Under the pieces are notes generated by a model. It was not told the DNA's origin, ran no database searches, and saw nothing but the letters and a program-made list of their open reading frames with translations. Shown one piece after another: positions 37,489 through 50,700 of a stretch of DNA of 64,000 nt. Position numbers and translations under genes: made by a program. This stretch comes from Tricharina praecox. Lineage: Eukaryota. The stretch spans positions 2,356,001 to 2,420,000 of the forward strand of contig NW_026250403.1 in assembly GCF_024521635.1 (NCBI RefSeq), read 5' to 3'. Position 1 is the first letter of the stretch; the number at the start of each line of letters is the position of its first letter.

Positions 37489-37981
37489 CAAGCTCAAGCC
37501 TGAAGCTGACGAGGATATGGCTATCGATTCTGACTGAGAGTGATATCCAGTGCTCGTCAATAGTGCTTTCAGGGTTGTATTGTACGCGGGCTCTCATCCA
37601 TGTAATGATAATGATAATCTTTGCTAGTAGTAAGATTTCTTGACCAATTAGATCTAAAGTGTTCGCAGACGTATCAGATCATGCGATGTCGTCTGTTCTC
37701 GAGCTTGTGGTGGTGATCCCCTGTTTCATGCCCGTTTCGGCCAAGTACGGCGCCTACATTGCCGCCGACTTTGGACAGCATACCTATGCAAACTCGCTAG
37801 TTCCCCATCCCATCCCATATCACCACCACCACCACCACCACCACCACCACAGTCCTCCTCTTCCCATTCCCACCACAAAACGAAAATCCACAGTCGATCG
37901 CCGGCCCATCGACTGAACCCCCACCATCACCCATCATCACCACTAATTCCTAATCCCTGACCCACCACCACCACCACCACC

Positions 37982-39025
37982 ATGAGCTCCAGATCCCGCA
38001 GCTCCGGCACGTCGCCGCTGTCAATCGACATGCTGCACCGCGTGCTGCAGCAGACGCTTCTCAACCCAGTCCTAGTCTGGTTCGTCCCGCTCGCGTTCCG
38101 GGCGCAGACGTTCCAGTACCACCACCCGCCTTTATACCTCTCTGCACTCTACGCGGCGATCATCACGACGCTCTGGCTGTTAAACTACTTCAACACGCAG
38201 CTGGCATTCGGGCCAGCGCGCGAATTCGACTGGACGGAGGAGGTAGTGCTGATCACGGGCGGCGGGTCTGGGCTCGGCCTGCTGATCGCGGAGGTGTACG
38301 GGATGCGCGGCGTGACCGTCGCGGTGCTCGACAAGAACGTGGCGGACGAGGGCGAGAGCGAGGCGCGGAACGTGTACTTCTACCGGTGCGACGTGGGGGA
38401 TCTCGCGGCCGTCGAGGCCGCCAAAAAGCGCGTTGAGGAGGAGCTCGGAACCGTTACCGTGCTCATCAATAATGCCGCTGTCGTCCATGGGAAGCCGCTG
38501 CTGCAGATGTCCGCCGAGGATGTCGAGACGAGCTTCCGCACGAATATCATGGCGCACTATAACACCCTCAGGCTGTTCCTCCCCGGCATGATTAAGGAGG
38601 GCAAGGGAAGCGTCATCACCGTTTCTAGTGTGCTCGCTACGCTCCCGCCAAAGATGTGCTCGCTGTATGCGCCGACGAAGGCGGCGGCCACGGCGCTGCA
38701 CCATGCCCTGACGGCCGAGTTCGAGGAGTACCCGTTCATCAAGACGTTGCTGGTTACGCCGGGACAGATGAGTACGCCGCTGTTCAACGGCGTGCGCACG
38801 CCGAATGGCTTTTTCGCACCGGAGTTGGAGCCGGTGGATGTGGCTAAGGAGGTGATTGCGGCGATTGATCAGGGCAGGGGTGGAGAGATTGCTATGCCTT
38901 TGTTTTCGAGGTGGGCGGCGGTTTACTGGGTTTTGCCAGCGAGCTTGAGAAAGTTGCTTAGAGCGTGGAGTGGGATGGATAAGGCGATGGAGGGGTTCAG
39001 GGGGACTGCGAAGAAGGAGGAGTGA
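37982..39025 (+). CDS. Short-chain dehydrogenase/reductase, membrane-anchored (retinol dehydrogenase/Tda5-like)
   Basis: TGGGSGLG, CDV, LINNAA, catalytic S and YxxxK (YAPTK), PGQMSTPLF; N-terminal hydrophobic helices. Confidence 0.93.
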   Translation: MSSRSRSSGTSPLSIDMLHRVLQQTLLNPVLVWFVPLAFRAQTFQYHHPPLYLSALYAAIITTLWLLNYFNTQLAFGPAREFDWTEEVVLITGGGSGLGLLIAEVYGMRGVTVAVLDKNVADEGESEARNVYFYRCDVGDLAAVEAAKKRVEEELGTVTVLINNAAVVHGKPLLQMSAEDVETSFRTNIMAHYNTLRLFLPGMIKEGKGSVITVSSVLATLPPKMCSLYAPTKAAATALHHALTAEFEEYPFIKTLLVTPGQMSTPLFNGVRTPNGFFAPELEPVDVAKEVIAAIDQGRGGEIAMPLFSRWAAVYWVLPASLRKLLRAWSGMDKAMEGFRGTAKKEE

Positions 39026-39277
39026 TTCTGGGACCGATTTTCATGCGTAATGTGGGCATGCATTGTTGTTCAGTCATTCTACGATTTTGTCATTTGTCTT
39101 GAGCTATACCATTTGGAGTTGGTGGTGCGGGGGAGAATAGGATGGGAGTTCAGGTCGTGAACACCACCGAGGGACAGATTTGCTTCTATAAACACGACCC
39201 ACAAGTGACTAGAATACAAATCATGAGCATCGCGGAAGAAAAAGAAAGTGACCACACAAATTCAGCCTTGCGCGCCT

Positions 39278-40699
39278 CTAATCCAGCAGCGAGGCTTGGT
39301 TGGTATACAACACTTCCACGACATCACTCAGCTTCTTGATCGTCTTCAGCGCTGCGTCATACGAGATGTCGGAGCCTTGCTCTTCAAAGACGATCAAGCA
39401 GCCCTCGCCCTGATCCAGAACACCGCTCAACTTCTTGTCCAATATCATGCGCGACAGCTTTGTCTCGACCTGTTGGGTATCCAGTCCCACCAGCTTCGCC
39501 ACATGGCTGATTTCCACTCTCGAGAACGGCTCAATCACACGCGACAAGTTGTGTTCGAGCATGTTGTCGTAGAGATCAGTCGAGTGCGAGCGGATAAACC
39601 GATCGCTGGTGAGCTCCGTCTTGTAGTTGTTGAGGGCCTGCTCGAACTCGGCGAGCGAGCGGTTCGAATGCGCAGTGGCAATCGCCTTCATCGCTTCCAG
39701 ATCCCGTCCGGCATACTGGACCGCGTGCTTGCCCTGGAGGATCAAGTTGACCTCGTCGGTGTGGTTCTCCATGATCTTGCAGAGCAGCATGTACTTCAAC
39801 GCATCGACCGCCTTCTTCGTCTCCTCCTGCGAGTGGTATCCTTCCATCGCCTCGATGAAGTACGAGTACGCCGTATTGAAGTCTTTCTCCTCGGCGTGCA
39901 GCATTCCCGACTGCATGTCAAGTCCCGCCTGGGTGAGCGGAGGACAGTAGACAGCATTGGCGGAGGTGCGAGCGGAGGAGAGGGAAGCGCGAGATTTGGC
40001 TATGTTTCGGAGGGCGTGGTAGGCGCGGGATTCGAGGAGCTGCACTTCAACGAGCATCATTTTGTCATCCACGCGCTTGAGCTCCTTGAGGAGCGTGTCG
40101 ATGAGGGCGATGGCATCCCGGTAAGCGTTCTTCTCAAGGTAAAGCGCAACGAGACGGGCTTCTAAACTCTGGCGGAGGAAGGAACGACGCTCGTTGATGG
40201 CCCACTCTATGCACGATTTTGTGATGTTGATCTGGATATCGAGGGTTCCGGGGATGGTTGTGAAGAGGTCGATCATCTGTCGGACTGTTTCATGCTTTTG
40301 GGTTAGAACGGCTGGCATGGCCACACTGGGAAGACATCGGATGCGAGTTGAAAAACGTACCCAGCTTGGATGTCTTCGACTTCGCAAACGCATTAAGCAC
40401 GGTTAGAGTCTCCTTCACCAGCTCAGCAAGCTCTCCTGTCCGTCTTTTCACAGTCGAGGCGGGGTTAGTTAGCTACTTCCATCCCATCTATCGCAACAAC
40501 TCCTCTGCCATCCCCCACCGGGTAGAAGCACACACCCTCCATCTCTGTAAAGCTCTCCAAGGGCCATCAAGGCCTGTTCGTATTCTTTGAGCGCCGCATC
40601 GTTGGTCTCGGGTCGTACGGAAAGTATCGCCTTGTATTGGGTCTCTGCCTCTACCGGGTTGGTCTTCTGGACGGTCATTGCGTCTTCTAGCCGGCCCAT
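39278..40699 (-). CDS. RPN6: 26S proteasome lid subunit Rpn6 (PSMD11)
   Basis: ERRSFLRQSLEARL, LLKELKRVDDK, SARTSANAVYCPP, KYMLLCKIM, PCI domain IEPFSRVE..KLSRMILDK..GVLDQGEGCL; two short 5-prime introns. Confidence 0.97.
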
Positions 40700-41391
40700 G
40701 TTGGGGATTTATATGTAGGTGTGGAAATTGATGGAGACGAGGACGGGAGTGTTGAAGATGGATGCGTGTTGGATGGATGGGGGTTGATTGATGCGTGATG
40801 GGTTGGGTGGGGTGTTGGAGGTATTGCGGCGCTCAGCAACGACGACAGAGCTTCGCTGATGCCAAGGCGCTACGCAAGGTAAGTAGAGTACTTCATCGTT
40901 CACAAGTGAGCACTCGGGTTTAACCCATTTGGAGACGGGGCACCATCTGTAGACTGTAGGCCGTGTTCCTGCTTGGTAGGCAGCGGTGTAGCAACGAACC
41001 TTCCGGTGACGAGACTTCATCTCTGTCCCCCGCAGGACTGGCAAGAAAGGTCGGTAATGCGGATTGCTATACCGGTAGTCTAAAAAAAGCAGTAGAATGT
41101 ATGCGACAATCAGTTGATGTTCTCTCTGGGCCGTGTGACTACAAGTTGTGTGCCGATCCGGGATTCTGGCTCCAGATAGAATGGCCCAGTGATTTCACTA
41201 GAATGGTCGGAATGACAACCGCAGACTGATGTGACCAGACAGAAATGACTTCTGCGGGCTGTCACGTTCGGTCGCCGTTTTGTGTTATAGAAGCTTGTTT
41301 TTTATTATTATAAAGTCTGTCAATTAGCTTGAGCTCTCTCACAACTAGCAATACAACCCCACGAAACATCCCCACGAAGACACCATTTATT

Positions 41392-42467
41392 ATGTCGCGA
41401 CACGTGCCCGCACCAGTCACCCCATCAGGAGAATTAGAAATCATATGCCCTAGCGGTGACATGATCATCTCTTGCACGACATCCGGCAAGAACCATCGAT
41501 TCAAAGTCTCCTCCCAGACGCTCTGCACAGCATCGAGTGTATTCCGCGCAATGCTGGGACCCACCAGCAAGTTCAAGGAGGCGCAGGATCTACGGAACTA
41601 CGGAGGTGCAGACAAGCTCTACGAGATCCCCCTTGAAGACGACAACTTGAAAGTGCTCAGGCACATCTTGCTGTGTCTTCACCTTCAGAACCTTGCGGTT
41701 CCGAATACGATCAGCTTCGAAGAGCTTGTGCAAGCGGCCGTGGTGACTGACAAGTACGACCTCGGAGTGGCGCTGCGGTTCGTTGGGGAGACGTGGATGG
41801 CAAAGTGGAAGAATGTATCGATAGCCTTGACTGGGCATATGATAATTGGCTTCTGGTGTCGTGGGTGTTCGGCGAGGAGACCATCTTCAATAAGGTGTCG
41901 GAAGTCCTGATCCACAAGGCCGTCATCGATGAGGACAGTTATTTAAGCTTTGGAACTGGGATTATTGTCCCCGACAGTGTGTCTCGTGAGTGGGCCGGAT
42001 TGTTGGATACTTCAGAATCTGTCTGATCTAATGACTTGTTAGGTGCTATCTCAATTCAGCGTGACGCCGCATTTGATTCGGTGTTCCAGGTATGCGGGAG
42101 ACTGCTGGAGCAATTGGCGGGGGAATCGGAGACGGAGCTTCCACTCCACTGTAAATATGGCGGCGAAACAGATGCCCAAGAGGTATGCGATACTTTCCAG
42201 TACACACTGCTCAGACGGCGATTCACGAAGGCGGGACTTCTCCCAGAAGGGATCGAAACAGCACGTCTGGATGATCTCGAGCACCTCTGGCGTATCTTCG
42301 CAGGGATGACCGGAACTCGGGGATATCTGGAGGGTCATTATAATTGCGATGTCACCGCCGGGTTGAAGGAAGAAGTGTACAAACTGATAGTCGGTGTCAA
42401 GGGGCTTGAGCTTGCAGAGTTTCCGTCCAGAGCTGGAAGACTTGTGCCCAAGCGTGGATTTCCTTAG
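41392..42467 (+). pseudogene. Fungal BTB/POZ-domain protein with an apparent frameshift at ~41814-41840 (pseudogene or sequence error)
   Basis: BTB motifs PSGDM, FKVSSQTLCTASSVFRAML, LEDDN, TDKYD; the expected downstream motif YDNWLLVSWVFG lies in a different frame with no plausible intron; normal intron 41986-42042 further on. Confidence 0.7.
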
Positions 42468-42772
42468 TCTGTGCTTACATAGGTGGTGTGTGAGGAATAT
42501 TGGGCGATTTATGGGGGGTTAGTTGGAGGTGGTGGTGGTAGGAGCATGTTTTATGTTCAAACGTGGGTCGCGGAAGGCCTAATGACTGCCGCGTCCTGCA
42601 ATCACGTAAATGAATTGAGATGCCGGGCAATGTGTATTATGCCAACTTCTGCTTCCTCCCGCCGTCACAACGCGCAGACTACAATTGTGATGTATGATAA
42701 CTATCTCATTTTCGCAGAGTTTTGATTATCATCGCGGAACGCCACCCCGAAAAGTACACCAGTATCCAACAT

Positions 42773-43622
42773 CTAGAAGCGAAGAGCTATAACACACAGT
42801 TTCATTAGCGGTCCATCCACGTAAATATACCAACGCAAATTGTCAAGGAGGGAGTAGACATACGAGTGAAGAACCACTTGTTCTTTCCGCTCGTGTACTT
42901 CTCCTCGAAGGACTTCTTCACGGTCTTCTTGGCCTCCTCCCTCTGCGAGGGCTCCTTGAAGGTGTCGTTTGTGATGACACCCTTCAAGCTCTCCATATCC
43001 AAAGTGTAACGAGTGGGCATGAGGTGGTTGTAGTTGATGACCTTGATGAAAGGCTTGACCTTGGAGCGCTTGGCCATCCTGGTCTTGCTCATGCGGCGAG
43101 TGACCTTGGAGGGGTAGCGGTCGACACCGGTGACCAGGGCGTGGCCGAAGGGGTGGGTCTTGCTGCCATCGTCCATCACTGTTCGGGGGAGGATAATTAG
43201 AATCCTTCGAACAATAGCTCTTGCGATTGATCGGGACATGCTAACCTTTGACGATAACGACCTTCTTTCCGGCGTACCTGCCCCGGGTGATGATAGCGAC
43301 ACGGCCATTCTTGAGGACTGAAAGAGAACCAGTCAGCTTCTCTTCATCGTATTCCCCCATTCCCCCCAATGTCATGTGGTCCTCCTCCAGTCGATCGGTC
43401 GCGGTCTGTCGGTGGTTCTGGTCTCTCGTCGCCAATCCGGCCATATCCTCCCAATTCCATCGTAACCCCTCCCCTCCCAAAGTCGCCCCCTCCTTTTCCG
43501 ATTCACAGCTCAAACCCTTTCACTGCGCAACAACCGTAGAGACCGTAGAGACCCGACCGATCGACTCAAGGAGGTACCGCGAAATATTTTTTCGAAAAGG
43601 ACGGTAGTAACGTACACTTCAT
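42773..43622 (-). CDS. RPL27: 60S ribosomal protein L27 (eL27), 4 exons
   Basis: Exons 43622-43616, 43317-43246, 43178-42864 and 42786-42773 give [57 protein letters not shown]. Confidence 0.98.
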
Positions 43623-44732
43623 TTTGCCGAGGGTGGTAGGCGGTGGATCTGCGAGGTAGTCGGGGGGTCGTTAGTTGGGTGTTGTCGTCGGGCGGTCGCT
43701 GTCGTCGAGATTTGGCGGGAATTGTTCGACACACAAAACGCCAGACTCAAAGGTTGGTGTGTGGGCGGGACAGGAAAGGCAAGAACAGTCACAGCATCAC
43801 GTGGGCGACGGTGGGTTCCGTTGTGCGTTTTTCCACGACCACAACTGGTTAGCACGGTTTAGTGGTTGGCGGCTCTATTTGATGAGGCTGAGGGCGTATG
43901 TGGCTGTGCATCATGTGGCTGACGCCAGCTTGGCTGTGGCTCGATTGAACAAGGTGGGTGGCTGGGCGCTACGGGAGATTAGGGAGTTCCGATCGCGTCA
44001 GCATTAGTGTGGTTGTCGGGAGCAACGTGGAGGCGAGAAACTCGGCAGAGCGAAGTTGTTTACGCTTGCTTGCTTTGGTTGCAACACAACAACACCAGCA
44101 GCACACGCTGATAGGCTGTCTTCGCGTAGATAGCTCGTGAAGCGTTTGATGTTTGAGGAGAAACAGAGGCGACTCCCTACCATCCCTCTCCTCTCCTCCC
44201 TATTCCTCACCCCTCCTCCAGAGCAAGCCATCCGGCCCATCCCCATCCCATCTCATCATCTCCATCTCCATCTCCATCCTCCTCAAGCATACGGCCCAAC
44301 ATCCCCCGCCAAAAACAAAACTACCACCACCCTTGCCTGCATAACCTTCCAACCCCCATCTATCTGGTGGCCACTGCTATTACGTTCTACCTATACCTAC
44401 CCGCTCTCTCATACCCCATCAGCCGAATTCATCCATCTCAACCTTTTGCTCCAAACCTCCTCCCCACCCGCCAATTAATCCCCACTCCCGCGTACCTCCT
44501 TCTCAATACTGATTCACTGAAAATCCTACTCTGACCTCCTGCGCTTCCGCCGCTTCCATTGCTTCTGTTGTTTGCTGCAATTGAGCGCAAATAATCGCTT
44601 CTATATCGTCATCCACTCAGGTACCTTGAACCAACTGTGAACCCCTCACTAGCTTCAAAACACGCCAATGCTGATATGCAACTCGCTGCCGCTCCAGACA
44701 GGAAGAGTGTAGACAAATCAGAATAGTCAGTC

Positions 44733-47700
44733 ATGGCGCCACTTACTCCATCATCCTCCTCTTCACATCAAAAGACCCCCTCCCAGGCTATGATCCCAAT
44801 GTCCGTCCCTCCATCTCCTGTGTAATCCGGAATTGGAGGGCTTTTGCACGTTGCTGACTCTGCTTCGGCACTGCGACATAGGTGGGATTCATCAGACCCA
44901 GCGCGCAATCCTCCACCCCTCCCGCTCAGACCGCACGGCCCCGGCTCTCCCATATCTAGCAGCGGCGCATCCGGCGTGGCGCCTGACCTCGGCTACGAGT
45001 CTCCGAATAGCTCTCGAGAAGTCTCGCCGGTTCGACGACCTCGTTCAGACTCATTTGGCGCCGGCGGTGTCCTGACGTCTCCAAAACGCGCCGTGATGCC
45101 TCCAACTGGCGGCAGCAGCCACATATGGACGAATTCAACCGCGCCATCGAATTCGGTCCGTGAGATACGCGACATGATCCTGAGTGGCCAGAAGCCAGAA
45201 ACCTCGCCGACGAGAGGCGTAGCGCCTTCACCGAGAGACCTGTTTGGAAGCAGTGCGTCGTTTCCTCTGAAGGACAGAGAGATCCTCCAGCCTAGGGAAC
45301 AGTACTCTTCTCTCTCGTTCCGTAAGTCCTTGGACTTCGATAAAGCACCTGCGCTCACTCCTCTACGTAACAACACTACATCTCCCGAACCGAGCACACC
45401 AAAGAATGCCGTAACACGGTCGGGGGCGGACTACGATGATGCGCCTGGGAAGGTTACCGTCCATGACATCCACACCATCAGCTCGCAGCTGTCTGGCATC
45501 ACGACAATTGCCACGAATCTACAGAGAGAGATGACCAACCTTTCGCGCCGGTCAAAGGACAATGCCACCGATCTGATGGCCCTCAAGGAAGCTGCCAAAA
45601 ACCGGGATGAAGATATTAGGCGTTCGCTTCGGGACCTCCAGAGTGGGTTGACCTCTTTCGAGGCAACTGATCGCCTTCTCGAGGGGCGACATTCGCATTT
45701 ATCTATGGCTAGCGGAAGTGACAGGGGATCAAATTACGGGGACGATGCTGCTCTTATGCACCAGAAGTATGCCGCAGCCTCGACCCAGACTCTCGAGAAG
45801 ATCCTCAGAGAGATGCCCACCAAGCAGGATCAAGATCGGGCTCTCGAAATTCTCCAGGACATCCAGGACAGCTTGAAAGCGCAACAGGACCAGGAGGGTG
45901 GAAAGGGGGACGCCGAGGCGAAGATTCTAACTGTTCTTGAGGAGATCCGGGACCGAGAGAGTTCTCGAGGAAAAGAACTGGCGCTGGTTGGTGCAAGATC
46001 ACACGACGACGACGAACGAGTGCTTGCTATGCTCGAGGAGTTGAGACGTGATCTGCACCAAGAAAAGCCTGGAGAGGAGAGGATCATGTCTATTCTTGAG
46101 GAAATTCGGGAGAAAGATGTCGAGGAGCGTAGTGACGCGCGCATTCTCTTGGCTATAGACGAAATCAAGGGCAGGGACGCGGACGAGAGACTGGACCAGG
46201 CTGTTTCTATTCTGGAAGAGCTTCGGGACCGTGACGCCGACGAGAAGGTGATGTCTATGATAGAGGAAGTTAGGGCCAAACTGGAGGTCATGTCGGAAGA
46301 TATGGGGAAGCAACCGACGACCACCGCTATCTCTAGCAGCACCAGTCTATCCGAGCCTACACCAATAGCCATTGATGGGAGTGTCGAGGTGCTAGATATT
46401 TTGAGGAATCTTCAAGAGGGTGTGGGCTTCGGAGGAGCACTGGGCAAGGAAATCAAGAGATTGGTTGAAGATTGGAGGGAGATATGGATCGGCCACGACA
46501 AGAGTGTTGGCGATGCTTTGAAAGACCTTGGCGGACAAATCGAGGTGCTTGCAGCTGTGCAACGTGCAGCAATGGCTCGGATGCCTTCGCATGGGTCGCT
46601 CGGCCTTCCATCTCAGGCTCTCACTACCACAAACCCTCCACTTCCCCCCGACTTGGACAACGAGGCGGCTATTACCGCGCTTGCAAATATTGCCTCGACC
46701 ACCACCCGTACGGACATCACGCTCTCATCCATCAACGCTCTCATCAAGGTTTTCCAGAAAGAGTCGTATCATGCGAACAACCATAACACGGAAGGGTTAG
46801 CTACGCTGGGACGTTTTCTAGAAGAGATCGGACAAGCAGTAGGCACAGCCAACGCGGCAACCGGCGACGTTAGAAAGGTCTTGGAAGTGGTACGTACGGG
46901 TGTTTGCAGTGGGAATGACCGGTTGGCCGAATTCGAAGACAACACTTCTAGAAAGATCGACGAGCTCACGCATCTCCACAAACATCTCCAGAGATCCATC
47001 ATGGGGGATGATGACGAGGCACTGTGGAAAGTGGATTTGGGTGTCAAGGACGATGTCGACGAGCTCACCAGGAAGGTCGAGGAACTCTTCGAAAAGAACA
47101 CCGAAACCATGGCTGCGACGTCTGCAGAAACTCTCGAAGCTATTGCCAACTCAAACCCGGCAATGCTGATTGCGGAGCTCAAGGGCGCCCTTGGAGCTAT
47201 GGCTCAGAGGAGCTTGGATGCTTTCAACAAATCCGAAGACGCCATTCAACAATTGAAGGAGGCGACGGAAACCTCTGCGGATAGAAACATCGAGGCGATT
47301 CAAGCCGCTAATTCAGCTGTTGCATTGGCCGATTTCCGGACCGAATTCAAGGAGATGGCAGAGAAGACGTATGCGATTTGCCAGGTGATTGACGCTAAAT
47401 CCGGAAGTGAGGGCGTGGGCGATATTCTTGCTGGCATAAAGTCGGAGTTGGCTGTCCTTATCCAGCAGTCTGTAATATCGGAATCGACCGAGATCACGTC
47501 TGCGATCGACAGACTGAGGGAGGAGCTGGATGCAAAAATGGAAGACACCTTGACCACTGCCGTTGCGCTTGCCAGCGCGGACGAGAAGACGTCAGCTGCT
47601 TTGGCAGAGCTGAGATCGGAAGTGAATGAAACCCTTTCAAAGGCAGTTACCAGAGACGACTCTGCGAAGATTCTTGAGCCTATCCGTGAACTTCGACATG

Positions 47701-50700
47701 AGATTCTGGATATGATTGAGAAGTCGAACTCAGCTATGGCAGCTCCAGTACACTACCCCGAAGCGGATGAGATCAAAATCAGGATTGAGCGCCTTTCGAG
47801 GGAGCTCATGGACGCCATGGTGAAAACTGCCGATTTGGTTGCGGAGTCGGCCATGTCCAGCGGCGATTCGGGCCAGCAGATCAAAGAAACTGTGGAGACT
47901 TTGCGGAAGGATATTGGCGCCATGGGTAGTTCGATTGCGGCCGCCGTAGCAAGCAACTCTGCCATCGCCGTAGAGGACGGCATCAATGGAGCGTTCGAGG
48001 ATATGAAGGAGACCGTCTTGGCCAAGGTCGAACAGAGCTTGGTGACTTCGGACAAGGCCGTTTCTTGCATCGCCGACCTTTCCCAGCAAACCAGAGATTC
48101 TATCACTGATTTGAAGAAAGAGGTTCTGGAAATGATGAACAAGAGCATATCGATGGCTGTTGCTACCGTGACGCCCAGCGAGACGGGGACGAACAACAAG
48201 TCGCTTCTGGATGCCCTTGAAGGAAAGATTACCGACGTTATCATCTCCACCATGGCGGCTAGTTCCTCTTCCGACGAAATTAAGGAGCTGATCGAGAGCT
48301 TGAAGACCGATATTGACGGTATGGGGAAACAAATCGTTACTCCGACCCCCGGTTCGGATGAAACTATCAAGAAGCTCCTCCGTGAGATGAAGGAGGATGT
48401 GACTAGTATCGTTTCCTCTGCATCTTCACAGGACACCAAGAAGTCTATCGATCAACTCCGTCATGACGTCCAAGAAATGATGCAGAAGTCATCATCCATG
48501 ATTTCTCCCGCCGGTGTTCTCCCGATCGATCCCACGGCTGCTAAGAAGGTGGAAGAAGCAATTACGAGTCTCAAGGAGGATGTGAATGAGATGCTCGAGA
48601 AGAGTTTAGCAGTGGCGATTGCTGAATCCACTTTCGATTCCGAGGAAAAGGTTAAAGAAGCCATCGAGGAGCTGAAGAGGGACGTCAAGGATACTCTTGA
48701 GAAATCGATGGTCCCACTGCCTCAGCAAGCGAACCATGAGTCGTCGAGAATGGTCCGCGAGGCTATGGAAGTTCTTCGTCAAGACCTTTCGTCTATGCTC
48801 GATAAGAGGGCGATTGGAGAGACGGAGGATAGGGAGGACATGGTTAAGCGTCTCGATGCTCTCAAGGGACAGTTCGGAGAACTATTGGAGAAATCGACCA
48901 ACGTGGAGGTCAAGGAAGCGGTGGACATCCTAAAGATTCAGGTGCACGGATTGCTCGAGAAATCTATGGGAGCGGAGTACGCGGAACTGAAGGATATGCT
49001 CAAAGCTATCAATGGCCAAGTTATCGTCCGGGAGCCCATGCCTGCCGATGATGAAGTCAATGTCATCCTTGAGGCGCTCAGGATCCAGGTGGAGGAGTTG
49101 GCAAGCAAGCTTGCCGAAGGAGATGTTTCGGTCAGCATGGCTGGTTTGCAGGCCCAGGTCGAAAAACTCTCCAAGAGACCCGTTACCACCGCAGACAACA
49201 CCGAACTCAAGGAAGCCATCGAAGCTCTGAAGTCTCATATCGAAGGATTGCAGCCGAAGACTAGCAGCGACTTAACTGTTCTGAATCCGAGCGCCGAGGA
49301 ACTCAAGGCAGCTGTCGAGGAATCGACCAGCAATCTATCCACGGCGAATGATGTTTTGGTTGTGAAAACCCTCGTTGAAGAGTTTAAAGGGGAGTTTGCG
49401 GCCGCGATGGAAAAGCATTCGGCAGCGATCCACGCACTGGGCTCTGCTGGTGCTTTGGAGGCGCTCAAGGTTGACCTTCAGACACTTCTTGTAAAGCCGA
49501 TCGCCTCTCTAGCATCCTCTGGCCAGCCTGCTGCTGCAGGTGACACCCAGGTGAAGGAAGTCAAAGACGCCTTGGAGCAACTCCGGAAGGAGGTGAAGGA
49601 GATGGTCGTGAGGTCTAGCACCAGACCGCTTGTCTCTCATTCTATTCCATCCTCTACTTCGGCTGCGACCCCCGAATCCATGGACCTTAAGGAGGCAGTT
49701 TCCGATATCAGTTCTGCTGTCGGCGAATGCCGCGTGGAGGTAGCTATCGTCAAGGCGTTGCTCGAAGAGAAGAGCAGCGAGACCAGCGGCCGCATATCTG
49801 GACTTACGAAGTCCAACATGGAGTCGTATTCAGACACCAGGGAAACGATCTCAAACCTCAAGGGCGTAGTCTTTGGCGTCAAAGAAGTCATCGAAGGATA
49901 TCGGCATGAATCAAGGGATGATATGGCTGATGTTAAAGAAGTCGTGAATGGACTTCAGACAACCACCGCCGATGCTGTTGCTGCGACTGTCAGTGCTATC
50001 TCTGATTTCCGTGCAGATGCTAAGAGCCGGGTGTCTGAAGTTAAAGTCGTGATGGATTCTGTCAGGGAGGAGACTAAGGATGGGTTTGAAGAGGTGAATA
50101 AGACAGTTGAGGGTGCACAGGTTGAGCTCAGGGAAGTCATTGCCGGAGTCGACAGAAAGATCGACAGCTTGCATGAAGATGTTAAGGAGGTCATCTCTGA
50201 GGTCTTGACCGCCGTCAATGATTCTATGACCGAGTCTCAGAGTAGCTTTGTGTCTCTGACTACTTCCATGGAGACTACCGTTGGAGCATCTCAAGCCGCA
50301 GTCAAGGAGGATATTTCTGTTATCAAGAAGCTGGTCGAAGAATCGCAATCTACCAACGAAACCGCGCATGGGAGGACACAGCAGCAGGTCGCAGAGGTTT
50401 TGGGACTGGTCGATGGGCTGCAGGCGGAATGGAAAGAGCAACAACCGACACTGTACGATGCGCTACTGGAGATGAAGCAACTCCTTCTCGCTGCACAGGA
50501 AGCACAGAGAGCATTGGCCGAGAAACCTGATGTTGAGCTGCCACCGCCATACGACGATTCTAGGGCTCAGGACAAATTGGACCAGTTGATCGAAGGGACG
50601 GCGAACCAGGCCAAATATCTCCCGCAGCTCGATCTCCTTGACACCATCCAGATGCAGGTTTCCGCTACTTCTGCCAGCATCTCCGAGTTGATCGAGCAGC

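Noticed and set aside
39248-40165. 305-aa plus-strand ORF
   Set aside because: Antisense shadow of the codon-biased RPN6 gene; the same applies to antisense ORFs over the kinase, SDR and coiled-coil genes.
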